Origin: Somniosus microcephalus
Taxonomy: Eukaryota
Direction: 5' to 3'
Assembly: GCA_052327205.1 (NCBI GenBank)
Contig: CM126202.1
Span: 376,464,001 to 376,528,000, forward strand
Length of the DNA stretch: 64,000 bases
In this document: positions 1 to 14,000 of the stretch, piece by piece
Layout of the letters: every line of letters starts with the position of its first letter
Numbering within the stretch: the stretch's first letter is position 1
Notes under the pieces: generated by a model
Told to the model about the DNA's origin: nothing
What the model saw: the letters and a program-made list of their open reading frames with translations, nothing else
The model's database searches: none
Translations under genes and position numbers: made by a program

Positions 1-425
1 GCTCTGCTGCCCGTGTCCTAACCCGCACTAAGTCCCCTTCACCCACCACCCCTGTGCTCACTGAACTACATTGGCTCCCGGTCTGGCAATGCCTCTATTT
101 AAAATTCTCATCCTCATTTTCAAATCCCTCCATGGCCTCATCCCTCCCTATCTCTGTAACCTCTCACAAACCTTTGAGATCTCTGTGCTCCTCCAATCCT
201 GGCCTCTTGCACATCCCCAATTTTAGTTGCTCCACCATTGGTGGCTGTGCTTTCAGTAGCCTGGGCCCTTCTCTCTGTAATACTGTCCCAAACTTCTTTG
301 CCTCTCTACTCCTTTAAGATGCTCCTTAAAACCCATCTCTTTTCCCCAATCCTACTACAGGTATCTCCTTATGTGGCATGGTGTCAAATTTTGTTTGATA
401 ACACATCTGTGAAACACCTTGGGAA
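1..425 (+). mobile_element. L2-clade LINE 3' fragment (RT C-terminus and tail)
   Basis: Translation PVLTELHWLPV..., then FKILILIFKSLHGL after a frameshift, is typical of the L2 ORF2 C-terminus. The tail GTGAAACACCTTGGGA resembles the L2/Deu-SINE 3' end. Confidence 0.75.
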
Positions 426-2600
426 ATTGTTGTTGATTGCACTGGCAGCTTTCCTTCTATATTTTAAATGATGCCTGGCCATGAAAATCGATGGGGCTTT
501 CCACCAGCATCATCAGGCAGATGCAGCAGATACCTAGCCCACCTAATCTGCAAATACTAACATTTCTGCCATATCTTAGCAAAAAAAAGGAAATATTTTA
601 TGAACACAAAAAGAAGTCAATTGTGTTGAGCTAATTTTTAGTTGGGACAACTTTCAAGTGCTCAATTTAGCCTCTCTGCCCTTGCTAGGATAAATTGGCC
701 TGGGATCTCATTCCTGATTGTTACACGGTGACTCGTGCTGGAAGTGCATATGGTCGGAAAAAATTTGGGGTGATGGCTAAGGTGAAGTATATGACAGCTG
801 TTCATGCCTATGGAACCATATCCTAGTTAGAAGCACGACCTTGACTAGAAATGAGGGCTGTCATTGCTGAGGGCTTCAGTTGCCGTTTGCAGTCTGGTCT
901 TCTGAACCAGTGAGATTATAGTCTCAAATTCACAGTCTGCATTTGCATCATATTTAGTTGTGTGCCACTGTGTAGAATAAAGTTAGTTCATTCATTGTAA
1001 TACTTGTAGATCATGTGTTATGTCGGGGTGGGGGAGGGGCTGGTGGGGAAACGCTCAAATTGATGTGGTAATAACAAGCTGCTTTTATTTCCAGATCATC
1101 TCGAATATTCTGTGAAATAATAACAAGGTAATACAAGGGAATATATTGCTTGCAATGTGCTTACTTCCAAGAACCATGTATATCAATGTGTTAAACCAGT
1201 GGCTGTGCCAGTGCCTGGTGTGAACATACGCTAAGCCATTACTCAGATGCCAGTCTTGTTGCTTGACAAATAGCGCCATCATTAAATATTACATGTGTTT
1301 TTATTAGAACTGTAGCACTTCTTGTCCATTATCTTTGTATTTGCCTTTACATTTGAGCTGGTGACTGGAAGTGACTTTTTTCTTGGGAGGGAAGAGGTCA
1401 GCTTCACTTAGCACCTAACTTTTAGATATTTTTTAATTTAAAAACATCAAAAAGTATCTTTATCCTGCTAATACTCATAAATGCTTTCAGTGATCACCAG
1501 CAAATAGATGCATTTTCCCACAAGCCCACTTAGAATATGCCTGCTTAGACACAGTACACTAGCAATGATTGGATAGAGTTCAAGTGCACTGGCAGTAAAT
1601 GGATCAAGAGGGAGAGACAAGACACCAATGGCTGTAATTGGATAGAGCAAAAGAGAGAAAGGCTTGGCATAAATTGTCTCGATACATTATTAATGCCAAG
1701 TCATATGTATCAGTATGAGTTTATTGTAATATAAAATGCCAACTGAAAGCTTTCTCGCTGGCTCAGTGAATAGCTGGAAGGGTCCAGGTTCAAGCTCTAG
1801 TCTATGTCAAGTTAAATGCTCAAACTAAATTATCAAACAACATACTCTGCCAAAGCTCATATATGATAGTGGGTGAGGAACAGGATGCCAGCAAGGTGTT
1901 GATAATTGTCAGATGTCACCGTAGGCAAACGTATCTGCTCAAAACATCCCAGTAGGGTTTTGATAAAGCTCTGGAATCTAAGGTAATGCACAAGTACTTT
2001 TTAATTGTTAGTGAACTATTGTCTGGGTACATTTATCATTTACAAATGCATTATTTAACATCATTAAACAGTTCAAGAAGTTTAAACATCATTTAATTTT
2101 GCAATGCGTCTTTTAAGATTATGTCATGTCCTACAGCGCACCCAATGCACAATAAGATGACAGTCAGACTTGCAATGCATCGATTCATTTTGAAATTTCC
2201 TGGAACATTGTGCTAGCCATCTAAAGCATGATTGGTCTGCTGAAAATCCAAATGTCACTTTCTTTTTCCTTTTATTTAAGATTAAAACATTCTATTGATT
2301 ATTGAAGTAGAAATTGCCTAAAATTAACCAGTATGAATTCAAAACCTTTCAGGGGAGAAACGCCTTACCAATTTTGTGCCTTCAACATTTCCATTTCACC
2401 TCCTGGCGAAAGGGTGGAATTACACCATGACAAGTTTACTAAGGCAGTTTCCATTATAAGGATTCTTGTTGAAATTTCTAGTGGAAATAAAGAATACGGA
2501 CAGAATGTATGATTTAAAAATGGAAACTGAATTGCGTTTGCACAGCCTGGTTCAAATATCCCCCACTGTCTAAACTGATTTCATCCGAAGACCGCACTTG

Positions 2601-3273
2601 GGGGGGAAAAATTAGTTAGCGAGCATTTTGGAAAATAGTGCCACCGACCACTAATTTTAGTTTTAGTGCCCCAAGTGCTCCACTTCCTTCTTAGAGCGCT
2701 AACCCCAAATATCAGGTTCTGCAGCGCTACACACTGGGCCACATAGCGCTGCCGCATGGAGGGGCTCTTCCCCTCATTAAAGGGGAGGGCCCAAGCCAAC
2801 AAATCTGCGAAGCCCTACCTGGACCACCGGGGAGTGGGGTGCCATGCCAGTAGCCTGGCCAGATCGTGGCACGGACCCCACGTTGAAAGACGCAATGGGC
2901 CATGACAAGTAAGTCAGAAGATTTTTGTCCCCCCGCCCACCACCTCCCCTTTATTTAGCGCCCAGCAAACCTCCTGTCGCACCGTTCCCGCCCTTGAATC
3001 GGCCGCTGTCATCGCCCGGCGCAGATTCAGGGGGTGCAGGCCAATTTTGCAGGTGGGGCGAAAATGGGGCGCTGCGCACAGTGATGACATCGTCATTGCC
3101 TGCGTTGCAGAGCGGGGCCCTACCAGTTACTGTCGCCGCTAAACTCCCTCTGAATTTAGCGGGAGTCGTTAGCAGACCCGCGCCCAGGCGAAAAGTAATT
3201 TGTGCCCCGTTAGTGCCCCCACCCCCCCCCGGAGGCTCTAACGGGAGGCGCAAATGCAATGAGTTTCTAGCCC
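2601..3273. mobile_element. Harbinger-type MITE
   Basis: GC-rich island bounded by degenerate TIRs GGGGGGAAAATT / AGTTTCTAGCCC, with flanks TTG/CTG. Its subterminal sequence is homologous (inverted) to the 38421 element. Confidence 0.7.
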
Positions 3274-3672
3274 CTGGTCTTAAATCCTTGTGTGCAATAA
3301 CAAGGGAGTTGACCAGTATTTTATTTTTGATCTACTACATCAGATTTCTGAACTCTTTGTTTAGAACTTCATAATCTTGATTAAACTAACATAAGATTAA
3401 AATTTGGTGCATCCAACAGTTATTAAAATACTAATTTAAGGGAAAAAAATCACAATTCCTTTTTGTATGCTGCAGAAAGTAAAATATAAAGGTCATAAAT
3501 ATGTATTTTAGCAGAATTAATTTTGAAACAAATGTGGAGTTTTTAAGTTTAATTATTATGGTTTCTAAATTCAAAAGAATAAAAACTGAAACTCAGTATT
3601 TTATTATATTGTCTAACATTTCTGTGAATCTCATTGACCTAGTCAAAAATTCCAATTGCTGTTACAGATAGT

Positions 3673-3827
3673 GGGGGTAATTTTAACCTAACTTGCCGGG
3701 CGGGAAACCCACGGGATTGGGTGGAATGCCGGATTTACAGAGCGAGTAAAATTGGGCGGGGTGTAAAGCTAGCGTTACAGCCGATCCCGTCGGGTTCCTG
3801 ATGGGTGGCTAGGTTAAAATTGCCCCC
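3673..3827. mobile_element. Short palindromic MITE
   Basis: TIRs GGGGGTAATTTTAACCTA / TAGGTTAAAATTGCCCCC. Complementarity extends inward (ACGGGATTGG / CCGATCCCGT). Confidence 0.75.
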
Positions 3828-6024
3828 ACTGTGACCGGTAGCTAGGAACACATTTGGTGTGATTCCTCGCTAGCTTTAAAAAAAAAAATCCACCCACATG
3901 CTTTCTGTGGATGAGAGGACAGACAACCTCATTCCATTCTTCAAGCAGCTGCAAGAGGGTGGGGCAGAGCTTCTCAGTGACTATTTGCCATGTATGTTAG
4001 GCTTTCTCTTTTTTTTGCCTCTTCAATAAACCATCAACATTATTTAGAGTTTCTGCTAGTTTTGGCAATGTCATCCTGTGGCACTTTAAAGCATATTGTT
4101 AATTTATGGCAATGACTGCAGCCATAAAACCACCATAAGGTCTTGGGGGAAAATTCAGAGACAGCAAAACAGCCCTAAAATGTTGCGATGCGATACAGAC
4201 TCGCATTTGGCTGATTCTGCGCAGGAGAAAAGGAAAGGACATTTTCGACAAAGGTGCTGGTGCGAGAGGATGCCTTCTGCTCTGCTTGTTAATAAAGCTC
4301 GTTGCATGCTTCATATACTATAAATTAGTGATTTTACAGTGTTTTATCTGTTAGATGGGTAATTACCAGCTACTAGTTGATGCTGCTATTTGGCAGGATT
4401 CTTGTGTGCATTTTTGCAATGGTACAAATGTTTGAGAACTTCATGAGACACACAATCTGTGTGGTTCCACCTCCACACAGCTTATATTAATATTTATGTC
4501 AATACCATTATTCTGGTCTTTCAGCAAAACGTTGTGTGTTAATGCCACAAAGTGCAATGATATGACACTTGAGGTCTAGAATATAGTAATCGTTGGAGAC
4601 TTGGACAATATTCTTAATGACAGTTATTACTGGACACAGAAACCTAATAGAGGGTAAATTCACATAGCAAAATAAGTGACGTTCAGCAAAATGAAATTGA
4701 AGATGCGTTTCCTGAATTGCCTGGAACATCACAAACAAAGTGCCCAAAATATATCAAGAGCAATAGAAAGCACTGATCCTAATGAAAGCATAATTATCCA
4801 ATTCTGCAATTACTGAAGAACATTCAATGTAATGTCTACCAAATAGAACATCACACACACATTCAAAAATGGCCATACATTCTGATTGCGGTTCATGAGA
4901 AAGCAATTAATGTATCCTCTTGGGGGGTGGAACAAACCAGTGACAGTCCTAAGTTCAATCTCTGTCCTATGCTGAGTTGGCTGAGCTAAGCATGTGTACA
5001 ACATGCCTTGACTTTGCCAGGAGTCCACACTCTCATGCATGCATTGTGCTGTTAATTTATGATATTCTCTCAATAAAAAGCAAGGGATCACTAATGGGAG
5101 TAGAGCGACCCTGATCTTCATAGCAACAGTCAAGGCCCTTTATTAAAACTGTAAGCCCTGCAGCTTTAATAAAGGGCTTTCATAACCATAATGAATACAA
5201 TTAGGCTGCTTCCACAGTGAGCTTTTGAGCAAGAAACAGCAAGAAGAAACACTTGCAAATCTCGCATCCAGGTGGACTTGAAGAGAAAAAGAGAACTTTA
5301 GGAAAGAGTGGCTGTGTGAAAGATAAAAAGGAATGGAAGACGAAACGAGAAGAATACATTCATGCCTCTTGGCTGCCCCAGTATGGCCGATGTGACAGAT
5401 GGTTTTAGTCATTTTTGGCCTATTTGAATACCAAAAATCCTCAGCAGCTGTGGATCTTAGGAAGGGTGGTAATAGGGATGCTCCAATTGACCTCAGTACT
5501 CCTGGGCTACGTAGGGAAAAATTAGGCAAGATTCACACTCCAGATCGCTGTTCAATGGCTTCTGTTGAAAAGTGCTTATGCATGGACACTTAATGAGGAA
5601 AGGACTGGACTTGGCAGTTCATGCCTCCATAGAGGAATACCTGCTGACCCTGTCGAGGTTCAAACATGAAAAATGGCCCTTTATGTGCATTGCCAGAGAC
5701 TGGTCAATGGCCATGGGTCAGATGCTAGGAGGAAAGGGGAGGAAACTTGTTAAACAATGAATGTAATAACACATGATCCAAAAGAAAAAGCCAGCTCCTT
5801 GTTTATGGAAAGAAAAACGTCTTTTTAAAAAAAAGTTAAACTATTCCTATTTTTTTATTCAGTACCTCACACATAAATGCAATTTTAAAATCCAAAAATG
5901 TTGCCTTAACCCTGTCAATCCCCAAAATAGTGCCCTAGCAAATTTCTCTCAGCACGTCAAGCTCTGGGCTTGGAGTGACACAAGCAGGGCAGCACACTTC
6001 ACCTCATCAAATGTAGCATGCATC

Positions 6025-6325
6025 GAAGGAGCTCGGAGGGTGGAGAGGAGAACAGCTCAGAGGGAGGAGAGATGAGGGGATCGGAGCAGGGAGAGGAGCT
6101 CAGAGTGGGGAGACGGGAGAGGAGAGGAGCTCGGAGTGGGGAGAGATGAGGGGATTGGAGCGGGGGGAGGTGAGGAGCTCGGAGGGGGAAGAGAAGCTCA
6201 GGAGCTCATGCGGGGGGAGGTCAGGAACTCGGGGAAAAGGTCAGGAACTGGGGGGTGGAGAAGAATGTCAGATGGTCAGGAACTTGGGGGAGGGGGTGTT
6301 AGAGCAAGGAGAAAACAGTGGGGAT
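6025..6325 (+). repeat. GA-rich degenerate minisatellite (GAGGAGCTCGGAGGG-like units)
   Basis: Repeated GGAGCTC(G/A)G / GGAACT(C/G/T)GG units in a purine-rich tract. Confidence 0.6.
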
Positions 6326-6468
6326 GGGGGAAGAATGTGATCCAGGTCTAAAGGGGGAGGGGATGAGCATGAGAACATGATCCAGATGGGAAGACGGATC
6401 ACGTTCTCCCCCCTCCTTTAGACATGGATCACGTTCTTCCCCCTTTGTTAGGTGTGGATCACATTCTT

Positions 6469-6561
6469 TCAACCGAATGAATTTGTAAATCCCTTTCTAC
6501 ACATGAAGCAGGTGAATGGTCTCTCCCCAGTGTGAACTCTCTGTTGTGTCAGAAGGTTGGA
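6469..6561 (-). pseudogene. Isolated C2H2 zinc-finger fragment
   Basis: Translation [28 protein letters not shown] has the canonical HTGERPF linker and CxxC. It is about 90 bp only, with no flanking fingers. Confidence 0.75.
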
Positions 6562-6710
6562 TACACACACGCATCCCACACACAAATGCAACCCAGATGC
6601 ACCCCACACACACGCACACATATGCACCCACATGCATGCACACACACATGCGCTCCCACACACATGCACATCACACACCTGCAGATCACACACATGGCCC
6701 CCAGACACAT
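6562..6710. repeat. Degenerate (CA)n microsatellite
   Basis: CACA/CATG-rich low-complexity tract. Confidence 0.85.
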
Positions 6711-7620
6711 GCCCCTTCATTCTGAATTAAAGAATTTTTAGCAGTTCCAGAGGAAAAATAAACATAAAACTCCAAAGAAGTAACAAACCCACTAATTAGA
6801 GTACAGAGTCTTTTATTTTCCAGCAAAGGACAACTATAATTACAATTGTAGAACACTAGATAACAGAAGATCTTCACAAAGATAACTACAAGTCCACTTT
6901 CTGCATGCTGCCTGACAAGAGTGGATCAAATTACACATTGCAGGTACTCTGCAGCAGACAAGATCAAATTACACATTCCAGACAAACTGTTGGATGTGTT
7001 ATGTCCTCCAAAGGGACCAATTAAAAACCTGGTCCAATCCACTGGTGTTGCAAATAAACATAGCCAATAAAGATTGTCCCATGATCCATTCCCCAATCCT
7101 TGTCTTTGAGGATTGGCTCTCTGAGTTTCCAATCAACATGGCTACCATGAATGAAATGTCATCCTCCTTGATGGGGTAGCTTATGGCACCAACAGTGCCT
7201 TTTCAGCTAAGAATCTCTAACGGGCCAATTGAATGATAACCCATTCTCACCTCAGTGCAAACTGTTATGGGATGTAATTATCAATGTTGCATTGTCTCAA
7301 AGCTGATTCAAAATGCAAAATACACATTTTAAAGGATGTATCTTGTGGGATACTACCAAATCATCCTAATCCACATTCTAAATTTTCTGTGTCTCTCTGG
7401 GAGTTAATCCTTTATAGCTGACTTAATATCAATAATATAGCATTAACCAAGATCCTTTCTAAACCATAGGTAAAAGTCCAGTAATGCTTTAACATGTTAA
7501 TCTATGAACAGTCAATTCACTAACAACAAAGTCATTGTAGTCCATTTCCGGCCTATTGTTTTGGAAATTGTTTCCACTTCAAAAATAACAGGTGGGAGCC
7601 AAAAGGGAGAAAAACACAAT

Positions 7621-8351
7621 GGCCCAGAAATTCGGGTCTCCACGGGTGGAAGTGCCGGTTTCCTGCATGCACTGCGCATGTGCGGGAAACCGGCACTTCC
7701 ATTCCCCTGAACAAAAGGGTTCAGAGTTCGAACGCGTGCTTGGGAGAGGCTGCACGTGCGCATCGAGCTTAGTTTTTTTTTACAGGTTTTCCCAAGAGGG
7801 TAAGTCTGCAGAATTTACACATTTAAAAAGCAGGCGTAAGGCCTGCTTTTTACAAGGTAAGTGGTGAATTAATTCAAATTAAAACATTTTTTCCACAAGT
7901 TTATTATTTTTAAATACTTTAAAGCAAGGTAAGTTTATTTTTAGCCCTGTTAGAAAATAAAATTACTTTTTTCAAAAATTTAAATTATTGTTTAAAATAG
8001 TTATTTCATGTAATTTATTGTTTATTTAAAAAATGTGATGTTTTTAAAAAATTTATTTGAAGATTTAGTGCTGTTTTGGGGCCGTAGCATTTATAAGTTT
8101 TGACAGCTCTTCCTGTCAATCTTATGAATGGAGCATTCCCTGCTCCGATTGGCTCTCCATGGCCCACGTGATCCCAGGGGATGCATCAAACTAACTGCGC
8201 CCCTGGGATACGCAAGCACTGCGCGCCGGCAGCTGGAGCAGGCCCCGGATCGGAATTCCACACGGGCCCACAGCTCAACGGCTGTCACGCAAGGTAAGTG
8301 CAGGTCGGGGGCTTGCACCCGCGGGAAGCCCCCGACCCGAATTTCTGGGCC
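7621..8351. mobile_element. Harbinger-type MITE
   Basis: Perfect TIR GGCCCAGAAATTCGGGTC / GACCCGAATTTCTGGGCC with an AT-rich core. Flanks are AAT/ATT. Confidence 0.85.
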
Positions 8352-9496
8352 ATTAAGTAAAGTGTTTTTTAAAATTAGAGTTTAGAGAAGAAAATATACA
8401 GAATAGATAGATTTGGTTAGAAAAGTGAAAACAATAAAAGCAGGAGAGAGATTTGAGGGAAGAAATAACAGCACACGGAGAATTAAAATGTTTTGCATAT
8501 CTTTTAATGCATTTTCAGTTGTGTATTTTCATTGTGTGGGGCTATTACAGGAAAAAATGTAGCACCAATCATATCTGAGTTTTGGTCTCTCTAAGTTCAA
8601 TTGACCTCATTAATATTACATCTGTTGCTTATTAAATACCCGTCTGTCACAATCTGTGTATTCTTGCTGTATCTAGGACCACACACATTCAAATTTGGCC
8701 AGCCCTGTCAAGTCTCACTGATTTGAAGTGATAGTCAGTCATCGTGCTTTAAAATTTTAACCTATTTTGATACATGTTGTAATGAAAAATAAACACGGCT
8801 AAATAGCCATAAATGGGTTTGCAATGTCTGTCACATTATCCAAAATCTAATTCTTACCATTTTCTCAGTGTTGGCACCTGTATGTGGCCATAAGTCAGTC
8901 AGTAAATACAATGAAATTCAAAAACAATATACCCAATCCACTCAGATTTCACAATCTCTTAAAGCTCGCAAGGTTAAAAGAACAGCAGATATGGAGTGAC
9001 CAACTTGCTCTAATAGAGGTCAGTAGCTTCAGCAGGTCAGGATAACAACTAGAGGGAAAGCTTTTATCCTGCTTAACCCTACAGAACCCTTAACTGTTCT
9101 GAACTAGTCTTGCAGCTCCTACAATCTTCTTCAATCTCACTGTTACATCATGCATGTACACAAACAGATACATTGAGCATAGTAACAGATAACCATCATT
9201 TGTTCTAAACTCGCAACTGTAGTCTTCTAAATCTGCCTTGGAAAACAATGAAAGTCTCTTTGCCTTTACAGCTTTTCCCAGCTTTCATTCAGCAGATCCT
9301 TATTGCCTCAATGGAACAGACAGCTTCCTTCTTTTCCAGGAAACTACTTTTTTTTTGTCGTTGTTTATTCCTCTCCTTTACTTGCACACCCTCACTCTGT
9401 CAGGGGTCACTGCTTTGAGGGATTCCTAGCTTCTCGCTTTCATTCTCCTTTTTCAAATTTTCACCAGGTTTAATTATAGATCTTGGCTGCATCAGT

Positions 9497-10274
9497 GGCC
9501 CTGAATTTTCTGGATCACAGTAACACAGATATTGCAGTGGTTTCTGTGCCGATGTTGCCAATGGGATCGTATGCCGAAATTTACTGCAGAGCTCATTTGC
9601 CTACACTGGAATGTAAAAACTGGTGTTAAGCAAGTGCAAATGCGACACCACCAATAGAGGTAATAGTGAGTGTCTTGCTGTCTTCAGCTGCTCCTCTTCT
9701 TCCGTTATTATGCAGAACAGGGTCTTGTCCATTGGGAAGGCCATTCCATTCCATCTGAACCTGTGGAGGTGGGGGGGGGGCAAGGTCTGAAAAAATTTGA
9801 GTGCAATGTGACTGATGGCACTTTGATTAAATATAATGCAGGTCTCAGTAAGAAAAATTCAAAAAAATTCACTATCAAACTTTAGGGATCGCAGTTACAC
9901 TGATATCTAGTGAGTTTGGGCTGTAATACAGAGGCATAGGTCTACGTCAGCATATTACTGGCATAAATACAGGAAACTCTTGTGAACTAGTCTTTTGCAT
10001 GGGGGTGTGGTGGGTTGGAGCTATATAAATGAGTGGCGGGGGTTTTGGGGGACAGATCTCGGTGCAAACAAACGAGGCAATTCGTGTATCCTTGTTGTCT
10101 TGATGGAGCAGACAGCTTTCCTTTTTTTTCTGCCATGGTCGGAAACTATGTATAATTTATGTGTCGATGTAAAACCAGCATAAATCAGTTACATGCAATT
10201 TTCTTTTGCATAAAATGATGTAACTCTGCTGTTATGCCGTAGTTGTGCAGGAAAGTTGCAGGAAATTCCAGGCC
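9497..10274. mobile_element. Old Harbinger-type MITE
   Basis: Degenerate TIRs GGCCCTGAATTTTCTG / CAGGAAATTCCAGGCC. Confidence 0.55.
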
Positions 10275-11019
10275 GATGTCTCCTTGTTGCGGAGTCTAAT
10301 TTGTTTGGAAATGGTATCCACATTTGAAAAGCCCCTGGTTTTATAAGCCCATGTATGCGTGGTTGGATTTGGATTGCTAGTACTCTTCATGGTCTTGCTG
10401 AAATTTTAGATACAAGTACCACCATTTTGAGCAGTACTAGGCCTTACTGCCATCCATTTTGTACTTCTATAATCGGGAAGATGCGTGACTGGGTGGCAGT
10501 ACTTATTAGCATAGGTGTGACTGCTCTAATAGAGGAATGTCACCTGTGCTAAAGAATTCAGCTTAATCTGAGAATCTATACCACCTTTCCACGACAGTAT
10601 TATATTCCTCAAATATATGTGCAGGTATCTCACTCTGCACTTGACTACAGTTGGACAGTCATCAGGATGGCATATTTCCTATTTGCCAATAGCCTACCAG
10701 GAATTAATAAAAATGAATGAACACCAGTCAATTTATGTATCAATAATTTGGGTTTTTAATCTCATTTAGAGCAATATTGATTTAGCATTTTATCCTTAAA
10801 ATGCAGGCCTTCTCTAGCAATGTAGTAGATGCATTTGAACCATACAGTTCAGTTTAGTGACCTCCAGCTTTTAAAATATAAGGTTGCTGATATGTGAAAC
10901 ACTAATTATACCACGTTGCCTATCTTGAAGATTAAACACAGCATTGTAAAAAGTACTGTATTTTGTACAACTACATTTTATCAGATTAATAATTTGGCAC
11001 ATGAATATAGGTTAGGATG

Positions 11020-14000
11020 TGTGATAAATCCATGTAGGGAAACAAGGAACTCGAAGAGGCGAGATATTAGAATTAGTCCGTGTACTTTATTAAACAGCTG
11101 CGTAACAAACATACAGGCCTGCATCCTCTCATTCCACCTCCGCTGACCTTAACCAGTAGCAGCACTAGCTACAGCACCACCTGGTGGATAACCTTAATCA
11201 TAACATCCCAGATTACTATATTCCTCCCCCCTTAGGATTTCAGTATGAATTTCTTAACAAACAACCATTCCTAAGGGTCACATAAGAAGTCTCCATTCAC
11301 TATGTTCAATACTTGATGAATCTAACAGGTCAGTACTAATCTCTCTGGTGGCTTGCGAGGCCTTTGTGAACGTCTAACAGTAAAGTCCCTGCTTGTTTGT
11401 GGTGAAGCCACCAGCTGCTCCTGAACAGTGCACAGAGTATCTGACTCGGCAACGATGGTTCCCTCTTGACGAATGGGTTCCTGTGGAATTGTCTCTGTCC
11501 ATGGTGGTGGCACCACAGATGCACTTGGATAACTGGGGGCAAACCTGTCCTCAGCCATTGCATCTGGAACCTCAATTTCAATTTCCTCTTGTCTGGTAAG
11601 TATCTGATCTACATGTCTGCGTACTACCCTACCATCTCCCAACATGATCTTGTATGATACTGGACCTGTCATTGAGTCTATGAAGCCAGGAATCCACTTT
11701 GGTCCATAAATGAAATTCCTGGTAAGGACCGCATCTCCTTCTCCAAAACTTCGGCTCTTTGTTCTTTTGTCATGGTTCTCTTTTTGTTTGTTTTGTCTGT
11801 TTTCCATTTTCCTTTTTAGGCCTGGGTGGACAAGGTCAAGAGTGGAGTGTAGTCTATGATCTAATAACATCTCAGCAGGAGAGACTCCTGTGGTGGATTG
11901 AGGTGTTATTCTGTAGCTGAACAGAACCCGTGACACTTTGGCTGCTAAACTCCCTTCTGCACTTTTTATTCATCATCTCTTTAAATGTTTGTACGGCTCT
12001 CTCCGCAAGTCCATTTGAGGACGGATGATATGGAGCCGAGGCCACCTGCACTATGCCATTGTTTCTCATGAACTCTTTTGTCTCTGTACTCACAAAACAA
12101 GTGGCATTGTCACTTACCACGATCTCCGGTAGCCCTTGATTACTGAAGCTCTGACGCAGGCAGTCTATAGTAGTAGTGGAGGAAGCAGAATTAACAGGAT
12201 AAACATCCATCCATTTGGAATGTGCATCAGTGATTATGAGGAACATCTTCCCCATGAATAGACCCGTATAATCTAAGTGCAATCTTCTCCATGGTTTATC
12301 CGGCCACTCCCAGGGGTGGAGAGGAGCCGCTGCTGGTGCCTTCCTGTGTACCTGACAAGTGCTGCATGTCTTGACTAGATTTTCTATCTCCTCATCTAGC
12401 TTTGGCCACCACAAGTAACTCCTAGCCAAAGCTTTCATACGCAACACCCCAGGATGACACTGATGTAGTTGTTGTAGGATAGACTGTGGTGCTGGCTGTG
12501 GAATAATCACTCGTGCTCCCCACAGCGCGCAACCATCCTGCACACTCAGCTCTGTTTTCCTGACACTGTAGGGTGTGAAGTCAGTCCCTTCCGGATGCTG
12601 TGGCCATCCCCTCACCACATATTCTCGAACTCTAGACGGTACTGGATCTTTACCTGTCCATGTTCTTACTTGCTCTGCAGTCACAAGTGCTGTGTCAGTG
12701 TCCTCCAACATCAAAACTCTGTCCTCTGGAGCTGCACGGATAGGTGTGCCTGGCAGTGGAAGACGGCTCAAGGCATTTGCGTTCCCATGGTCCTTGCCCG
12801 CCTTGTAGACAATGACATACTCATATGCCCTCAATGTCACTGCCCACCTCTGGATCCGGGGTGACACCATCTGTGGAACTGCTTTCATTTCATTGAAAAG
12901 AGAGAGAAGAGGTTTATGATTGGTGCATATGGTGAACTTCCTGCCATATATATACTTGTGTAACCTCTGTAACCCAAACATTACTGCTAACCCCTCTTTG
13001 TCTAACTGGGAATAGTTTTTTTCTGCTGGTGTTAGGGTTCAGGACATAAACCCTATTGGTCTTTCTGTTCCACCTTTCATGCAATGTGAAAGAACTGCCC
13101 CCATCCCGTAAGGTGAAGCATCACAAGAGAGAATGATGTCTTCCTCTTCATTGTAGTGAACCAGCACATCCGATGACAGCATCAGTTTCTTGGACTGTTC
13201 AAATGAAACCCTCTGCTCCTCTCCCCACTGCCACTGTGTCTCCTTGTGCAGTAGTTTGTGAAGAGATGCTAACACTGTTGACAGGTTTGGTAAAAACCTG
13301 TTACAATAGTTCAGCAGTCCCAGTTAAGCTTTTAACTCAGCCACATTGGTAGGAGCAGGGGCGTCCTGCAGTGCTTGTACCTTCTCCTTGATTGGATGGA
13401 GCCTGGTGGCATCCACTCTGTGTCCCAGGAACACTGCCTCATTCCCAAGAAAGTGCACTTACTCCTCTTGAGCCGGAACCCTGCCCTCTCCAATCTCTGT
13501 AGTACCTCTCTCAGAGTGCTCAGATGCTCCTGGTTGGTTCTTCCCGTCACCAGAATGTCATCCAGATAGATGGAAACATGTGGAATCCCTTGCAGTACAC
13601 CTTCGATTGTCCTCTGGAAGATAGCTGGACTAGATGAGACACCAAACGGTAAGCGGTTATATGTAAACAAGCCCTTGTGTGTATTTATGGTAACATACTT
13701 CTTTGATTCATCATCCAGTGTAATCTGCAAGTATGCATGACTCATATCCAACTTTGTGAATTTCTTTCCTCCAGCCAGGTTTGCAAAGAGATCCTGTGTT
13801 TTGGAAATAGGATACTGCTCTAGTTTGGACACCCGATTGACTGTCAATTTATAATCTACACAGAGTCTTCCTGAATTGTCCGGTTTTAAAACAGGTACTA
13901 TGGGAGCTGCCCATTCTGAACATTTCACTGGCTCCAGTATGTTCTCTCTCAATAGATGGTCAAGCTCACCCTCTACCTTTGGTTTCATGGCCTAAGGCAC

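Noticed and set aside
4920-5640. Very old SINE-like remnants (also about 690-830 and 1755-1820)
   Set aside because: B-box-like words and weak mutual similarity only. Boundaries and family cannot be supported.
10300-10560. Possible host exon (acceptor-like CAG on the minus strand)
   Set aside because: All three frames stop soon after the acceptor, and the later frame runs into a MITE TIR.
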